Origin: a virus | Taxonomy: Duplodnaviria > Caudoviricetes | DNA: 25,188 nucleotides | Strand: one strand, 5' to 3' | Virus record (IMG/VR): IMGVR_UViG_3300025653_000245 | Coordinates: 1-25,188 of that record | Shown here: piece after piece, positions 16,821-25,188 of the stretch | How positions within the stretch are numbered: the stretch's first letter is position 1 | Layout: each line of letters begins with the position of its first letter | The notes under the pieces: model-generated | Seen by the model: the letters and a program-made list of their open reading frames with translations, nothing else | Told to the model about the DNA's origin: nothing | Databases searched by the model: none | Program-made: the position numbers and the translations under genes

Positions 16821-18386
16821 ATGGCTGCCGTCGTAACAGATCAATTTAGAATCCAGAATGCAAATAATTTTATAGATTCTGTATTGAACGCTAATAACTC
16901 GTATTATGTTTTTGTTGGGTTGTCAAATCCAGGATCTACCAATAATCCTATTGGATTTGGAAGAACAACAACTTGGGGAAACGCCGTGTCTCCTTTACCA
17001 GACACCCCAATTGACAATTTACAATACTTGTCTCATTACAGAGATACTGGATTATATGGCAAAAGAATTACTGGTGAAAATGTTAGGAGAGTCATAAAAA
17101 AGATAACCTGGACATCTGGAACTCGTTATGACATGTATAGGCATGACTATAGTATCAGAAATAGAAGCGTAAATAGTGATAGAGCAAGATTGTATGACTC
17201 AAATTACTATGTAATTAACAAGGATTATAGGGTTTATATTTGCTTATATAATGGATCCTCAGGAGATAATCCTCAGGGAAATACATCAAAGGATGAACCT
17301 ATTTTTACAGATCTTGAGCCATCTTCTGCTGGAGAAAGTGGTGATGGATATATTTGGAAATACTTGTTTACTATTGCACCTTCAGATGTTATAAAATTTG
17401 ATTCTATTGAATATATTGTTTTACCAAATAATTGGTCAACTTCAAATGATTATCAAATAAGAAGTGTAAGAGATGCGGGAGATTCTAGAGTAAATAATAA
17501 TCAAATTAAAGTAGTTTATATTGAAGATGGTGGTGGAGGTGGAGTATATCAATCCGGAACATATCCAATTTTAGGTGATGGAACTGGTGGAGAAGTTAAC
17601 ATAACCGTAGATAGCTCAGGAAAAATAACAAATACAAGAGTTGTTAATGGAGGCAAAAATTATACCTTTGGTATAGTTGACTTAAAGAGATCTGGAACAA
17701 TCAGTGCTGCGAATAGGGCAAAATTAATTCCAATCATACCTCCATCAAGAGGGCATGGATATGATATCTACACCGAATTGGGTGCAGATAAAGTTATGGT
17801 ATATTCAAGATTTGATGATTCTACTAAAGATTTTCCAACAGATACTAAATTTGCTCAAATTGGGATTATAAAAAATCCAGAAAGATATGAGTCTTCAGAT
17901 TTAATGACATCTAGTAATTATTCTGCTCTGGGTGCTATAAAATTGCAAAGTGTTGTTTCAACACCTGTTGTAGGAACCGCAATTACTCAATCTAGAAGTG
18001 ATGGAAGACAAGCTTCTGGATATGTGGCATCATATGATTCTACAACTGGAGTTTTAAAATATTATCAAGATCGATCTTTATATTTCCCAGCAAATAATGT
18101 TGATCAACTTGATAGCAACGATATCACAAATCAGGGTCAAGTTTTAGATTTTGAATCTAGTTCAGAATCAATTGCTCCATTTGGTGGAAGCGTTGCAATA
18201 GCATTTACTGGAAGTACAACAACTGTTAATTCAAAATTAGTTAGTTTGGGTGTAACTTTTACATCTGGTCTTGCGAATCCAGAGATAAATAAAAGCACGG
18301 GAGATATTATTTACATCGACAACAGAAGTTTAGTTTCAAGAGACTCTAGGCAAAAAGAAGACATTAAAATTATTCTGGAATTTTAA
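16821..18386 (+). CDS. gp8: Baseplate wedge subunit gp8, 521 aa
   Basis: MAAVVTDQFRI..A..F, YYVINKDYRVYICLYN, GDGYIWKYLFTI and the C-terminal GDIIYIDNR..VSRDSRQKEDIKIILEF are T4 gp8 signatures. Confidence 0.93.
   Translation: MAAVVTDQFRIQNANNFIDSVLNANNSYYVFVGLSNPGSTNNPIGFGRTTTWGNAVSPLPDTPIDNLQYLSHYRDTGLYGKRITGENVRRVIKKITWTSGTRYDMYRHDYSIRNRSVNSDRARLYDSNYYVINKDYRVYICLYNGSSGDNPQGNTSKDEPIFTDLEPSSAGESGDGYIWKYLFTIAPSDVIKFDSIEYIVLPNNWSTSNDYQIRSVRDAGDSRVNNNQIKVVYIEDGGGGGVYQSGTYPILGDGTGGEVNITVDSSGKITNTRVVNGGKNYTFGIVDLKRSGTISAANRAKLIPIIPPSRGHGYDIYTELGADKVMVYSRFDDSTKDFPTDTKFAQIGIIKNPERYESSDLMTSSNYSALGAIKLQSVVSTPVVGTAITQSRSDGRQASGYVASYDSTTGVLKYYQDRSLYFPANNVDQLDSNDITNQGQVLDFESSSESIAPFGGSVAIAFTGSTTTVNSKLVSLGVTFTSGLANPEINKSTGDIIYIDNRSLVSRDSRQKEDIKIILEF
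18284..18291 (+). promoter_or_regulatory. Candidate late promoter GATAAATA embedded in the 3' end of gp8, serving the downstream large virion gene
   Basis: One mismatch to TATAAATA, about 100 nt upstream of ATG 18393. The intergenic gap is only 6 nt. Confidence 0.4.
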
Positions 18387-18392
18387 GAAAAA

Positions 18393-21300
18393 ATGGCACA
18401 AAAAACGAATTTAAATATCAATCCATATTATGATGATTTTGATGCAGATAAAAACTTTTATAAAGTTTTATTCAAGCCAGGATTTCCAGTTCAATCTAGA
18501 GAACTAACGACTTTACAGTCGTTGATGCAAAATCAAGTAGAAAGTTTTGCATCACACACTTTTAAAGAAGGTTCTGTAATAATTCCAGGAAATATAACAT
18601 ATGATAATCAATTTTATGCGGTAAAGTTAAATTCAAATCAATTTGGAACCGACATATCATTATACATTGAGAAGTATGTTGGAAAAGTTATACAGGGACA
18701 AGTCAGTGGAGTTACTGCAAAAATTCAAAAGGTAGTATTTCCAACAGAAAGTGATAACGTAGAATATATTACTTTATATGTAAAATATTTGTCTTCGGAT
18801 AGTAATTTTGAATTTTCTCAATTTTCCGATGGAGAAACTTTATCTGGTTTAGAAAATATTGTTTATGGAAATACAACTATTTCTGCAGGAGTTCCTTTTG
18901 CTTCAACAATAAGCACTGATGCAACTGCAATTGGATCTGCAGTATCTATTGGCAGTGGTGTATATTTTATTAGGGGTTATTTTGTAAGAGTTACTGAAGA
19001 AACTATTTTATTAGACTACTATACAAACACACCATCGTATAGAGTTGGTCTGAAGATAACTGAAGATATTGTAGATGCAAAAGAAGATGCATCATTATAT
19101 GACAATGCAAAAGGATTTTCAAACTATACTGCACCAGGCGCAGATAGATTAAAGATAACGGTATCTTTGTTTAAAAAATCATTATCAGATAAAAATGACT
19201 TTGATTTTGTAGAACTCCTGAAACTCAGAGATGGTAAAACTCAAAAAATTACCACAAAGACTCAATATAATAAAATTAGAGACTATTTTGCGGAAAGAAC
19301 TTTTGATGAATCTGGAGATTATACCGTAAATTCATTTGATGTAACAATACATGAGTTGTTAAATGATAGGTTAGGAAATGATGGATTATTCTTTTCTGAT
19401 CAAAAAACAGATCAAGGAAATACTCCAAGCGAAGAATTTTTTGGTGTAAAGGTTTCTTCAGGAAAAGCATATGTCAAAGGTTATGACATAGAAAAGATTG
19501 GAAATACTATAATTGATGTTAAAAAACCAAGAGATACTGAAAAAGTAGAGAATATTCCCATACCTCTTGATATGGGAAGTATTCTTAGAGTTAATAATGT
19601 TACCAGATTACCAGAACTTAGAAAAACGATTGAACTTTATGGGCAACTTGGGTCAACGACCAACAAAATTGGAGAAGCGAGAGTTTATTCTTTCAATTTG
19701 ACAGATGCCCAATATTCTAATGAATCTACAAGTTGGGATTTGAGATTATATGATATTCAGACATACACAACACTAACCACAAATACAAATATATCTGTAT
19801 TGGAATCGGATTTTGTAGTTGGTAAAAGCAGTGGAGCCAGTGGTTATGTTGTTTCCGATTCCAGTGATAATATTTTCCAAGTAAGACAAACTTCTGGGGC
19901 ATTTGCAAAGGGAGAACAACTGTCTATTAATGGCGTTGATGTATCAATATCATTAACAGAAATTCGTGTTTATAATACTCAAAATATCAAATCAGTAAAA
20001 CAAACAAACACATTGTTTGGATCCTCTCTGGATTTTACTGCAGATTCTATTTTAGATACTTTCAATTTCCCAAATTCCATTTCACAGATTTCAATCACTG
20101 CTGGGAGTGGTGGTATTTCTACAGTAACGTCAACAGGAAGAGTATTTACTGGAATAAGAACTGATACTATCATTAGATATCAAAGTGTCGGATTATCTAC
20201 AGAAACTTTTAACAGAGTTTCATCAGTTAGTGTTGATGGAACTTCTCTTGAAATTTCACCAATATCATCCGTCACTGGTGTTTTTGAAGGCGCATTACCA
20301 ACGGCAGATATTCAAGTCAATGGATTTTTAGGTGCTCCAATAGTTAAAGGATCTTCCGCACTGTTTGCACCACTTTCAAATCAAAATGTATCTGAAATTG
20401 ACCTTTCAAACTCTTCAATTTTTATAATTGATCAGGTGACGGGCAAAAATGTTGACACTAATGATTCTATAACAATTAATCCTAGTGACGTTACTGGCGT
20501 AACTGATATAAGTCTAGTTTCTTTTGATCAGGAAAGATATACAGTTGGGTATAATGGAGGAACTATTGCTCCATTATCATCAGATTCAGCAACACTGAGT
20601 GGATCTAATATTTCCTTTACTGGATTGGATCAATCTTTATCATCTTTTAATACTGTTGTAAATGTTACGGCGTTAAAAAATAAAATTCAGTCAAAGGTTA
20701 AAAATCATACTAGAAGTTCAATAGTCAATATTACTAGGTCGAAATTGGCAGAGTCTGGATCAACATCAGACACTTCTTTAAATGATGGATTAACTTACAA
20801 TAGATATAATGGTCTTAGAGTTCAGGATAGAGAAATTTCTCTTAATTATCCAGATGTTACAAAAATAATATGTGTTTATGAATCATTAAATTCCAATGCT
20901 CCACAGTTAGATGTTGTTTCATTCACATCAACTGCAAATGTAAATTCAAATGTAGTTATCGGAGAAAATATCATTGGATCTACAAGTAAAGCAATTGCCA
21001 GGGTAGTTACTAATAACAGCACTACTTCCCCAACAACAGGTGATAATAATAAGTTGGGTATAGTATATTTAAATGCAAACAAATTTGTTGCTGGTGAAAC
21101 AGTTACCTTTGAAGAATCTAATATAACCACCACAATCGAATCTATAACTTTAGGTTCTTATCTAGATTTGACTGCAAATTATGCTCTGGATAAGGGTCAA
21201 AGGGATGAATATTATGATTATTCTAGAATTGTTAGAAACTCTGGAACTTCAGAACCATCTAGAAAATTATTAGTCGTATTTGACCATTATACAGTTCCTT

Positions 21301-24300
21301 CAACTGATGCTGGAGATGTATTCACTGTTGCGAGTTATGATGATGAAAGATTTGCAACTGATGTTCCAGAAATAGGATTATTCTTGACAAGAGCATCGGA
21401 TACACTCGATTTCAGACCAAGAGTATCTTATTTCGATCCAAGCGTTACAACAGATAAGTCTCCATTTGATTTTAGTTCAAGAACATCTTCATTCAACACA
21501 ACTCCACTCAGATTACTAGCTTCAGGAGAATCATCTCAAGTCGGATATAACTTTTACCTTCCAAGAATTGATAAAGTCTACTTAGATTCTTTGGGTAAGA
21601 TTGTCATAGATAGTGGTAAATCTTCAACAAATCCATCAGAACCAGACAGAAATAATGATCTACTACAATTAGCAACTATTGAACTTCCAGCATATCTTTA
21701 CAATCCCAAAGATGCTGTTGTTACTCTGATTGACAACAGAAGATATACAATGAGAGATATTGGAAATATTGAGGATAGAGTAGAAAATTTAGAAGCAACC
21801 ACTTCTCTCTCATTCTTAGAAGTAGACACTCAAACTATTCAAATTCAAGATTCTGAAGGTAGAAATAGATTCAAGAGTGGATTCTTTGTGGATGATTTTG
21901 AAAACTTTTCAAGATTAGATGCTCAAATATCAAATGTTGATATTGATCCAGAAGTAAGAGAACTTACACCACTGGTATCAAGAAATAGTGTTGAATCTTT
22001 AATTGCACCACAACAAAATACTTCTCCTGAAGACTTAGATCTTGGAGTTGATTTTGAATTATTAGATTCAAACATTAAAAAGACTGGAAATCTTTTAACC
22101 CTCGATTATCAAGAGATTGATTGGTTGGAACAACCATTCGCAACAAAAGTTGAGAATGTTAACCCATTTAATGTTGTTTTATATATTGGAAATGTTGATT
22201 TATTTCCACAAGTTGATACTTGGACTAGAACATTCCAACTTCCAGATCGTAGAGTAACTAGAACTGTTAACAGAACTGTTAGAAGAACCGCTGTCAGTTC
22301 TTCTAGCAGAACTGTAAATCGTGAGGTAAATATTGCAGACCCAAATCGTAGAGGGCAAGTAACAACATCAAGTTCTACATCTACTTCAGTGGGTGTTTCT
22401 AGATCTTCCAGAACAAGCTCATCTAGTAGCACTGCCAGTAGTCGCGAAATTGTCTCTAGAACTCCTGAAATTTACATGAGATCTAGAAACACTGAGTTTA
22501 AGGTTTCTGAATTGAAACCATTAACAAAGTATTATCAGTTTTTAGATAATAATAGAGAAGTTGATGTAGTTCCTAAGTTAGTAGAAATTTCTCCAAATCC
22601 ACAATTACAAACTTATGGTGCCTCTGCCGCATTTAGTGTTGGTGAAACTGTGGTCGGAACAACCTCTAATGGTGAATTAATAAGATTTAGATTATGTACT
22701 CCAAATCATAAATTTGGAAGTTTTAATAATCCATCTTCAATATTTACTATTAATCCATATTCAAGAGAAGAAGACATTGGTTCAATTTATAGTTCGACTT
22801 CAAAAGTTCTTAATGTAGATACTTCATCTTTAGCTCAACAAGCACAAGGAGCATACTCTGGTTATCTAGTAAAAGGTATGCAATTAGTTGGTCAAACTAG
22901 TGGTGCAATCGCCTATGTTAAAGATATTAGATTAATTTCTGACAATTATGGAGATTTGTTTGGAACATTTTTCTTAAAAGATCCTAATACAAGCCCAGCA
23001 CCTTCTGTCAGAATAGAGACTGGTCGTAAACCATATAGAATCACTTCTAGTCCAACAAATGAAGAACTACTTCCCGGAAGTACAGCGATATCATATGCTG
23101 AAAGTGAGTATAATGCAACAGGTGTATTTGAACAATGGAGAAATCTATTTGTAACAACAGTTGTTAGAACTAGAGTTGTTACAACCAGAGTAAACATTGT
23201 AACAACTACAACAAATACTAGAACTGGATATTTTGATCCATTAGCACAAACATTTACCGTTGGTGGAAACGTTCAGGTTAAATCAAATATTGATACTGAA
23301 GATGATGCAAATGGCGTTTTCTTAACCTCTGTTGATCTATTCTTTGCAAATATTGATACTAATAATTCTCCACTAAGACTTGAAATTAGAACTGTTGAGT
23401 TGGGAACCCCAACATTAAATGTCATTGGTAGATCTGTTACTGTTAGACCCACCGAAGTTAATGCAGTTGGAAATACAATCACCAACATTAAAAAATCGAC
23501 AACTGGAACTGTTGCCACAAATATAAAATTCCCAGAACCTATTTTCTTGGCACCAGGGAAAGAATATGCTCTCGTAATTGTTTCTGAAAATAGTAATGAA
23601 TATGAATTGTGGACAGCAATCATGGGAGAAGATGTCGTTAGGGATTCCAGTCTTCCAGACGTTAATGTTGAAAGATATACCCAACAGTTCTCTCTTGGAT
23701 CACTTTTCAAATCTCAAAATGGATCCATATGGACGACCGATCAATATCAAGATTTGAAATTTAAGTTATATAAAGCGAAGTTCATAGAAAACACTGGTAC
23801 GGCATATTTCTTCAATCCACCTTTAGATTCAAGTAATGGATATGTTAGAACTCTTGCAACAAACCCAATAACTGTTTTACCAAAAACAGGAAAAATTGGA
23901 ATTGTTACTTCATATAATAGTGATTTTATTGGAGTTGTTACTGTTGGAAGAAAACTTGCCGGTGTAAATGGATATGGTGGATCTGCAACTGTTGTTGGTC
24001 AAGGAAGCTCAGTTGCTACAATTTCTACAACAGAATCTGGAGTAAACTATCCACCAACATTAACCAATAAGGTTGTTTCCACTTATAATATTATTGGAAA
24101 TGGAAGTGGATTGAAGTTAGTTATTAGCACTGATTCAAATGGAGTTATTTCTGGTGCTGCACATTCTACAGCAAATCCAGATTATGGAACTGGATATAAA
24201 GTTGGGGATGTTGTTGGTATTGTAACCTCAACTACTGGAGTAGGAACTGCTAGAGGTAGAGATGCACAATTTACAATTACTTCAATAACTGGTCTTGATA

Positions 24301-25188
24301 CTCTATATCTCTCAAATGTTCAAGGTGAATTTGGTAGTAATGCCGAAAATCATGAATTCTCTGTTCAGACTGTGGGAGCAGGATTAAGTTACTATGATGG
24401 AAGTAGTATTGTAAGTGCTGCCGGAACTCATATTACAAGTTCTAGTGCTGATGGAGGTTTAAACTCGGGAAATTACATAAAAGTTGATCATTTTGAACAT
24501 GGAATGTATTCTAATACAAATAAGTTAATCTTGGATGGAATACAATCTGATGTTTCTTCAACAATCCTGTCTTCAAATTTACTTTCAAATCAAACTACAA
24601 TTAGTGTTGCAAATACATCCAATTTCACAACTTTTGAAGGTCAGACAGTTGATGGAAGTTATCCAGGATACGTTAAAATTGGAAATGAAATTATAAAATA
24701 TGAGGGAGTTGGAACTGGAGAATTGACTGTTGCGACTACTGGCGGAAGAGGTGTTGATGGCACTATTCCAATCAATCATTTTGCTGGTGATGTTATTGAA
24801 AAATATGAATTTGGCGGAATTTCATTGAGAAGAATTAATGGAAGAACTGTATCCATTAAAGAACTAATTGATATTGATAGTTATCATGTTGAAATTGATA
24901 GATCATCTTCTACTGGTTCCAATAGAGCACAAGATAATTCTACTCCAGGATTGCCACAATTATCATTTACATCCAGAAAAACTGCTGGTGGATCTAGAGT
25001 AACTGGCACTCAAAATATTCTGTTTACAGGATTGAGACCAACGTATGATATTTCTCTCCCCGGATCACAAACGTCAGTAGATGCTTTCATTAGAACCACT
25101 TCCGGAACTGGAGTATCTGGATCAGAAAACTCGTTCAATGATGTAGGATTCCAACCAGTTCAATTAAATGCATACAATCCTATGGAAA
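18393..25188 (+). CDS. Large virion structural protein, VrlC-like / DUF4815-type (>2265 aa, 3'-truncated by the window edge); not in the ORF track
   Basis: Begins MAQKTNLNINPYYDDFDADKNFYKVLFKPGFPVQSRELTTLQS. Contains APGADRLKI, ERTFDESGDY, GKAYVKGY, YLPRIDK, RRYTMRDIG.IE.RVENLE, RFKSGFFVDDF, VNPFNV, YMRSRN, DPLAQTF and GSLFKSQNGSIW..DQYQDLKFKLY. Spot translations near 22.2, 23.1, 24.6 and 25.15 kb are all in the same frame, and the track reports no stop-terminated ORF in it. Confidence 0.88.
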   Translation, partial: MAQKTNLNINPYYDDFDADKNFYKVLFKPGFPVQSRELTTLQSLMQNQVESFASHTFKEGSVIIPGNITYDNQFYAVKLNSNQFGTDISLYIEKYVGKVIQGQVSGVTAKIQKVVFPTESDNVEYITLYVKYLSSDSNFEFSQFSDGETLSGLENIVYGNTTISAGVPFASTISTDATAIGSAVSIGSGVYFIRGYFVRVTEETILLDYYTNTPSYRVGLKITEDIVDAKEDASLYDNAKGFSNYTAPGADRLKITVSLFKKSLSDKNDFDFVELLKLRDGKTQKITTKTQYNKIRDYFAERTFDESGDYTVNSFDVTIHELLNDRLGNDGLFFSDQKTDQGNTPSEEFFGVKVSSGKAYVKGYDIEKIGNTIIDVKKPRDTEKVENIPIPLDMGSILRVNNVTRLPELRKTIELYGQLGSTTNKIGEARVYSFNLTDAQYSNESTSWDLRLYDIQTYTTLTTNTNISVLESDFVVGKSSGASGYVVSDSSDNIFQVRQTSGAFAKGEQLSINGVDVSISLTEIRVYNTQNIKSVKQTNTLFGSSLDFTADSILDTFNFPNSISQISITAGSGGISTVTSTGRVFTGIRTDTIIRYQSVGLSTETFNRVSSVSVDGTSLEISPISSVTGVFEGALPTADIQVNGFLGAPIVKGSSALFAPLSNQNVSEIDLSNSSIFIIDQVTGKNVDTNDSITINPSDVTGVTDISLVSFDQERYTVGYNGGTIAPLSSDSATLSGSNISFTGLDQSLSSFNTVVNVTALKNKIQSKVKNHTRSSIVNITRSKLAESGSTSDTSLNDGLTYNRYNGLRVQDREISLNYPDVTKIICVYESLNSNAPQLDVVSFTSTANVNSNVVIGENIIGSTSKAIARVVTNNSTTSPTTGDNNKLGIVYLNANKFVAGETVTFEESNITTTIESITLGSYLDLTANYALDKGQRDEYYDYSRIVRNSGTSEPSRKLLVVFDHYTVPSTDAGDVFTVASYDDERFATDVPEIGLFLTRASDTLDFRPRVSYFDPSVTTDKSPFDFSSRTSSFNTTPLRLLASGESSQVGYNFYLPRIDKVYLDSLGKIVIDSGKSSTNPSEPDRNNDLLQLATIELPAYLYNPKDAVVTLIDNRRYTMRDIGNIEDRVENLEATTSLSFLEVDTQTIQIQDSEGRNRFKSGFFVDDFENFSRLDAQISNVDIDPEVRELTPLVSRNSVESLIAPQQNTSPEDLDLGVDFELLDSNIKKTGNLLTLDYQEIDWLEQPFATKVENVNPFNVVLYIGNVDLFPQVDTWTRTFQLPDRRVTRTVNRTVRRTAVSSSSRTVNREVNIADPNRRGQVTTSSSTSTSVGVSRSSRTSSSSSTASSREIVSRTPEIYMRSRNTEFKVSELKPLTKYYQFLDNNREVDVVPKLVEISPNPQLQTYGASAAFSVGETVVGTTSNGELIRFRLCTPNHKFGSFNNPSSIFTINPYSREEDIGSIYSSTSKVLNVDTSSLAQQAQGAYSGYLVKGMQLVGQTSGAIAYVKDIRLISDNYGDLFGTFFLKDPNTSPAPSVRIETGRKPYRITSSPTNEELLPGSTAISYAESEYNATGVFEQWRNLFVTTVVRTRVVTTRVNIVTTTTNTRTGYFDPLAQTFTVGGNVQVKSNIDTEDDANGVFLTSVDLFFANIDTNNSPLRLEIRTVELGTPTLNVIGRSVTVRPTEVNAVGNTITNIKKSTTGTVATNIKFPEPIFLAPGKEYALVIVSENSNEYELWTAIMGEDVVRDSSLPDVNVERYTQQFSLGSLFKSQNGSIWTTDQYQDLKFKLYKAKFIENTGTAYFFNPPLDSSNGYVRTLATNPITVLPKTGKIGIVTSYNSDFIGVVTVGRKLAGVNGYGGSATVVGQGSSVATISTTESGVNYPPTLTNKVVSTYNIIGNGSGLKLVISTDSNGVISGAAHSTANPDYGTGYKVGDVVGIVTSTTGVGTARGRDAQFTITSITGLDTLYLSNVQGEFGSNAENHEFSVQTVGAGLSYYDGSSIVSAAGTHITSSSADGGLNSGNYIKVDHFEHGMYSNTNKLILDGIQSDVSSTILSSNLLSNQTTISVANTSNFTTFEGQTVDGSYPGYVKIGNEIIKYEGVGTGELTVATTGGRGVDGTIPINHFAGDVIEKYEFGGISLRRINGRTVSIKELIDIDSYHVEIDRSSSTGSNRAQDNSTPGLPQLSFTSRKTAGGSRVTGTQNILFTGLRPTYDISLPGSQTSVDAFIRTTSGTGVSGSENSFNDVGFQPVQLNAYNPME
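22260..22317 (+). repeat. Short intragenic repeats AGAACTGTTA (22260-22269, 22272-22281) and AGAACTGTAA (22308-22317) encoding RTV(N/R)
   Basis: Read directly from the sequence, inside the R/S/T/V-rich segment of the VrlC-like gene. Confidence 0.7.

Noticed and set aside
14462-17097. Out-of-frame + strand ORFs 14462-14644 and 16906-17097
   Set aside because: Short, nested in gp7/gp8, with non-ATG starts and no SD or motif support.
3029-24779. Many short minus-strand ORFs within gp6, gp7 and the VrlC-like gene
   Set aside because: Shadow ORFs expected from the codon bias of the long sense genes; their P/V/S/L-rich translations are antisense artefacts.

Overview
Segment of a T4-like cyanomyovirus-type phage genome (Synechococcus/Prochlorococcus myophage style). 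All supportable genes are on the + strand. It opens with a structured non-coding stretch (1-121). A cassette of small or poorly characterised genes follows: an acidic AbrB/MazE-fold protein, a GT-A glycosyltransferase-like protein, two small ORFs missed by the ORF track (54 aa acidic, 50 aa very basic), a degenerate ATP-grasp-like protein and an 82 aa protein. Then comes the late baseplate module gp25-gp6-giant gp7 (3983 aa)-gp8, and a >2265 aa VrlC/DUF4815-like virion protein that runs off the right edge and is absent from the ORF track. One sigma70-type promoter and several T4 late-type (TATAAATA-like) boxes are visible. No tRNA, rRNA, CRISPR array, intron, intein or homing endonuclease was recognised. 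All family assignments come from motif recognition by eye, not from database searches.
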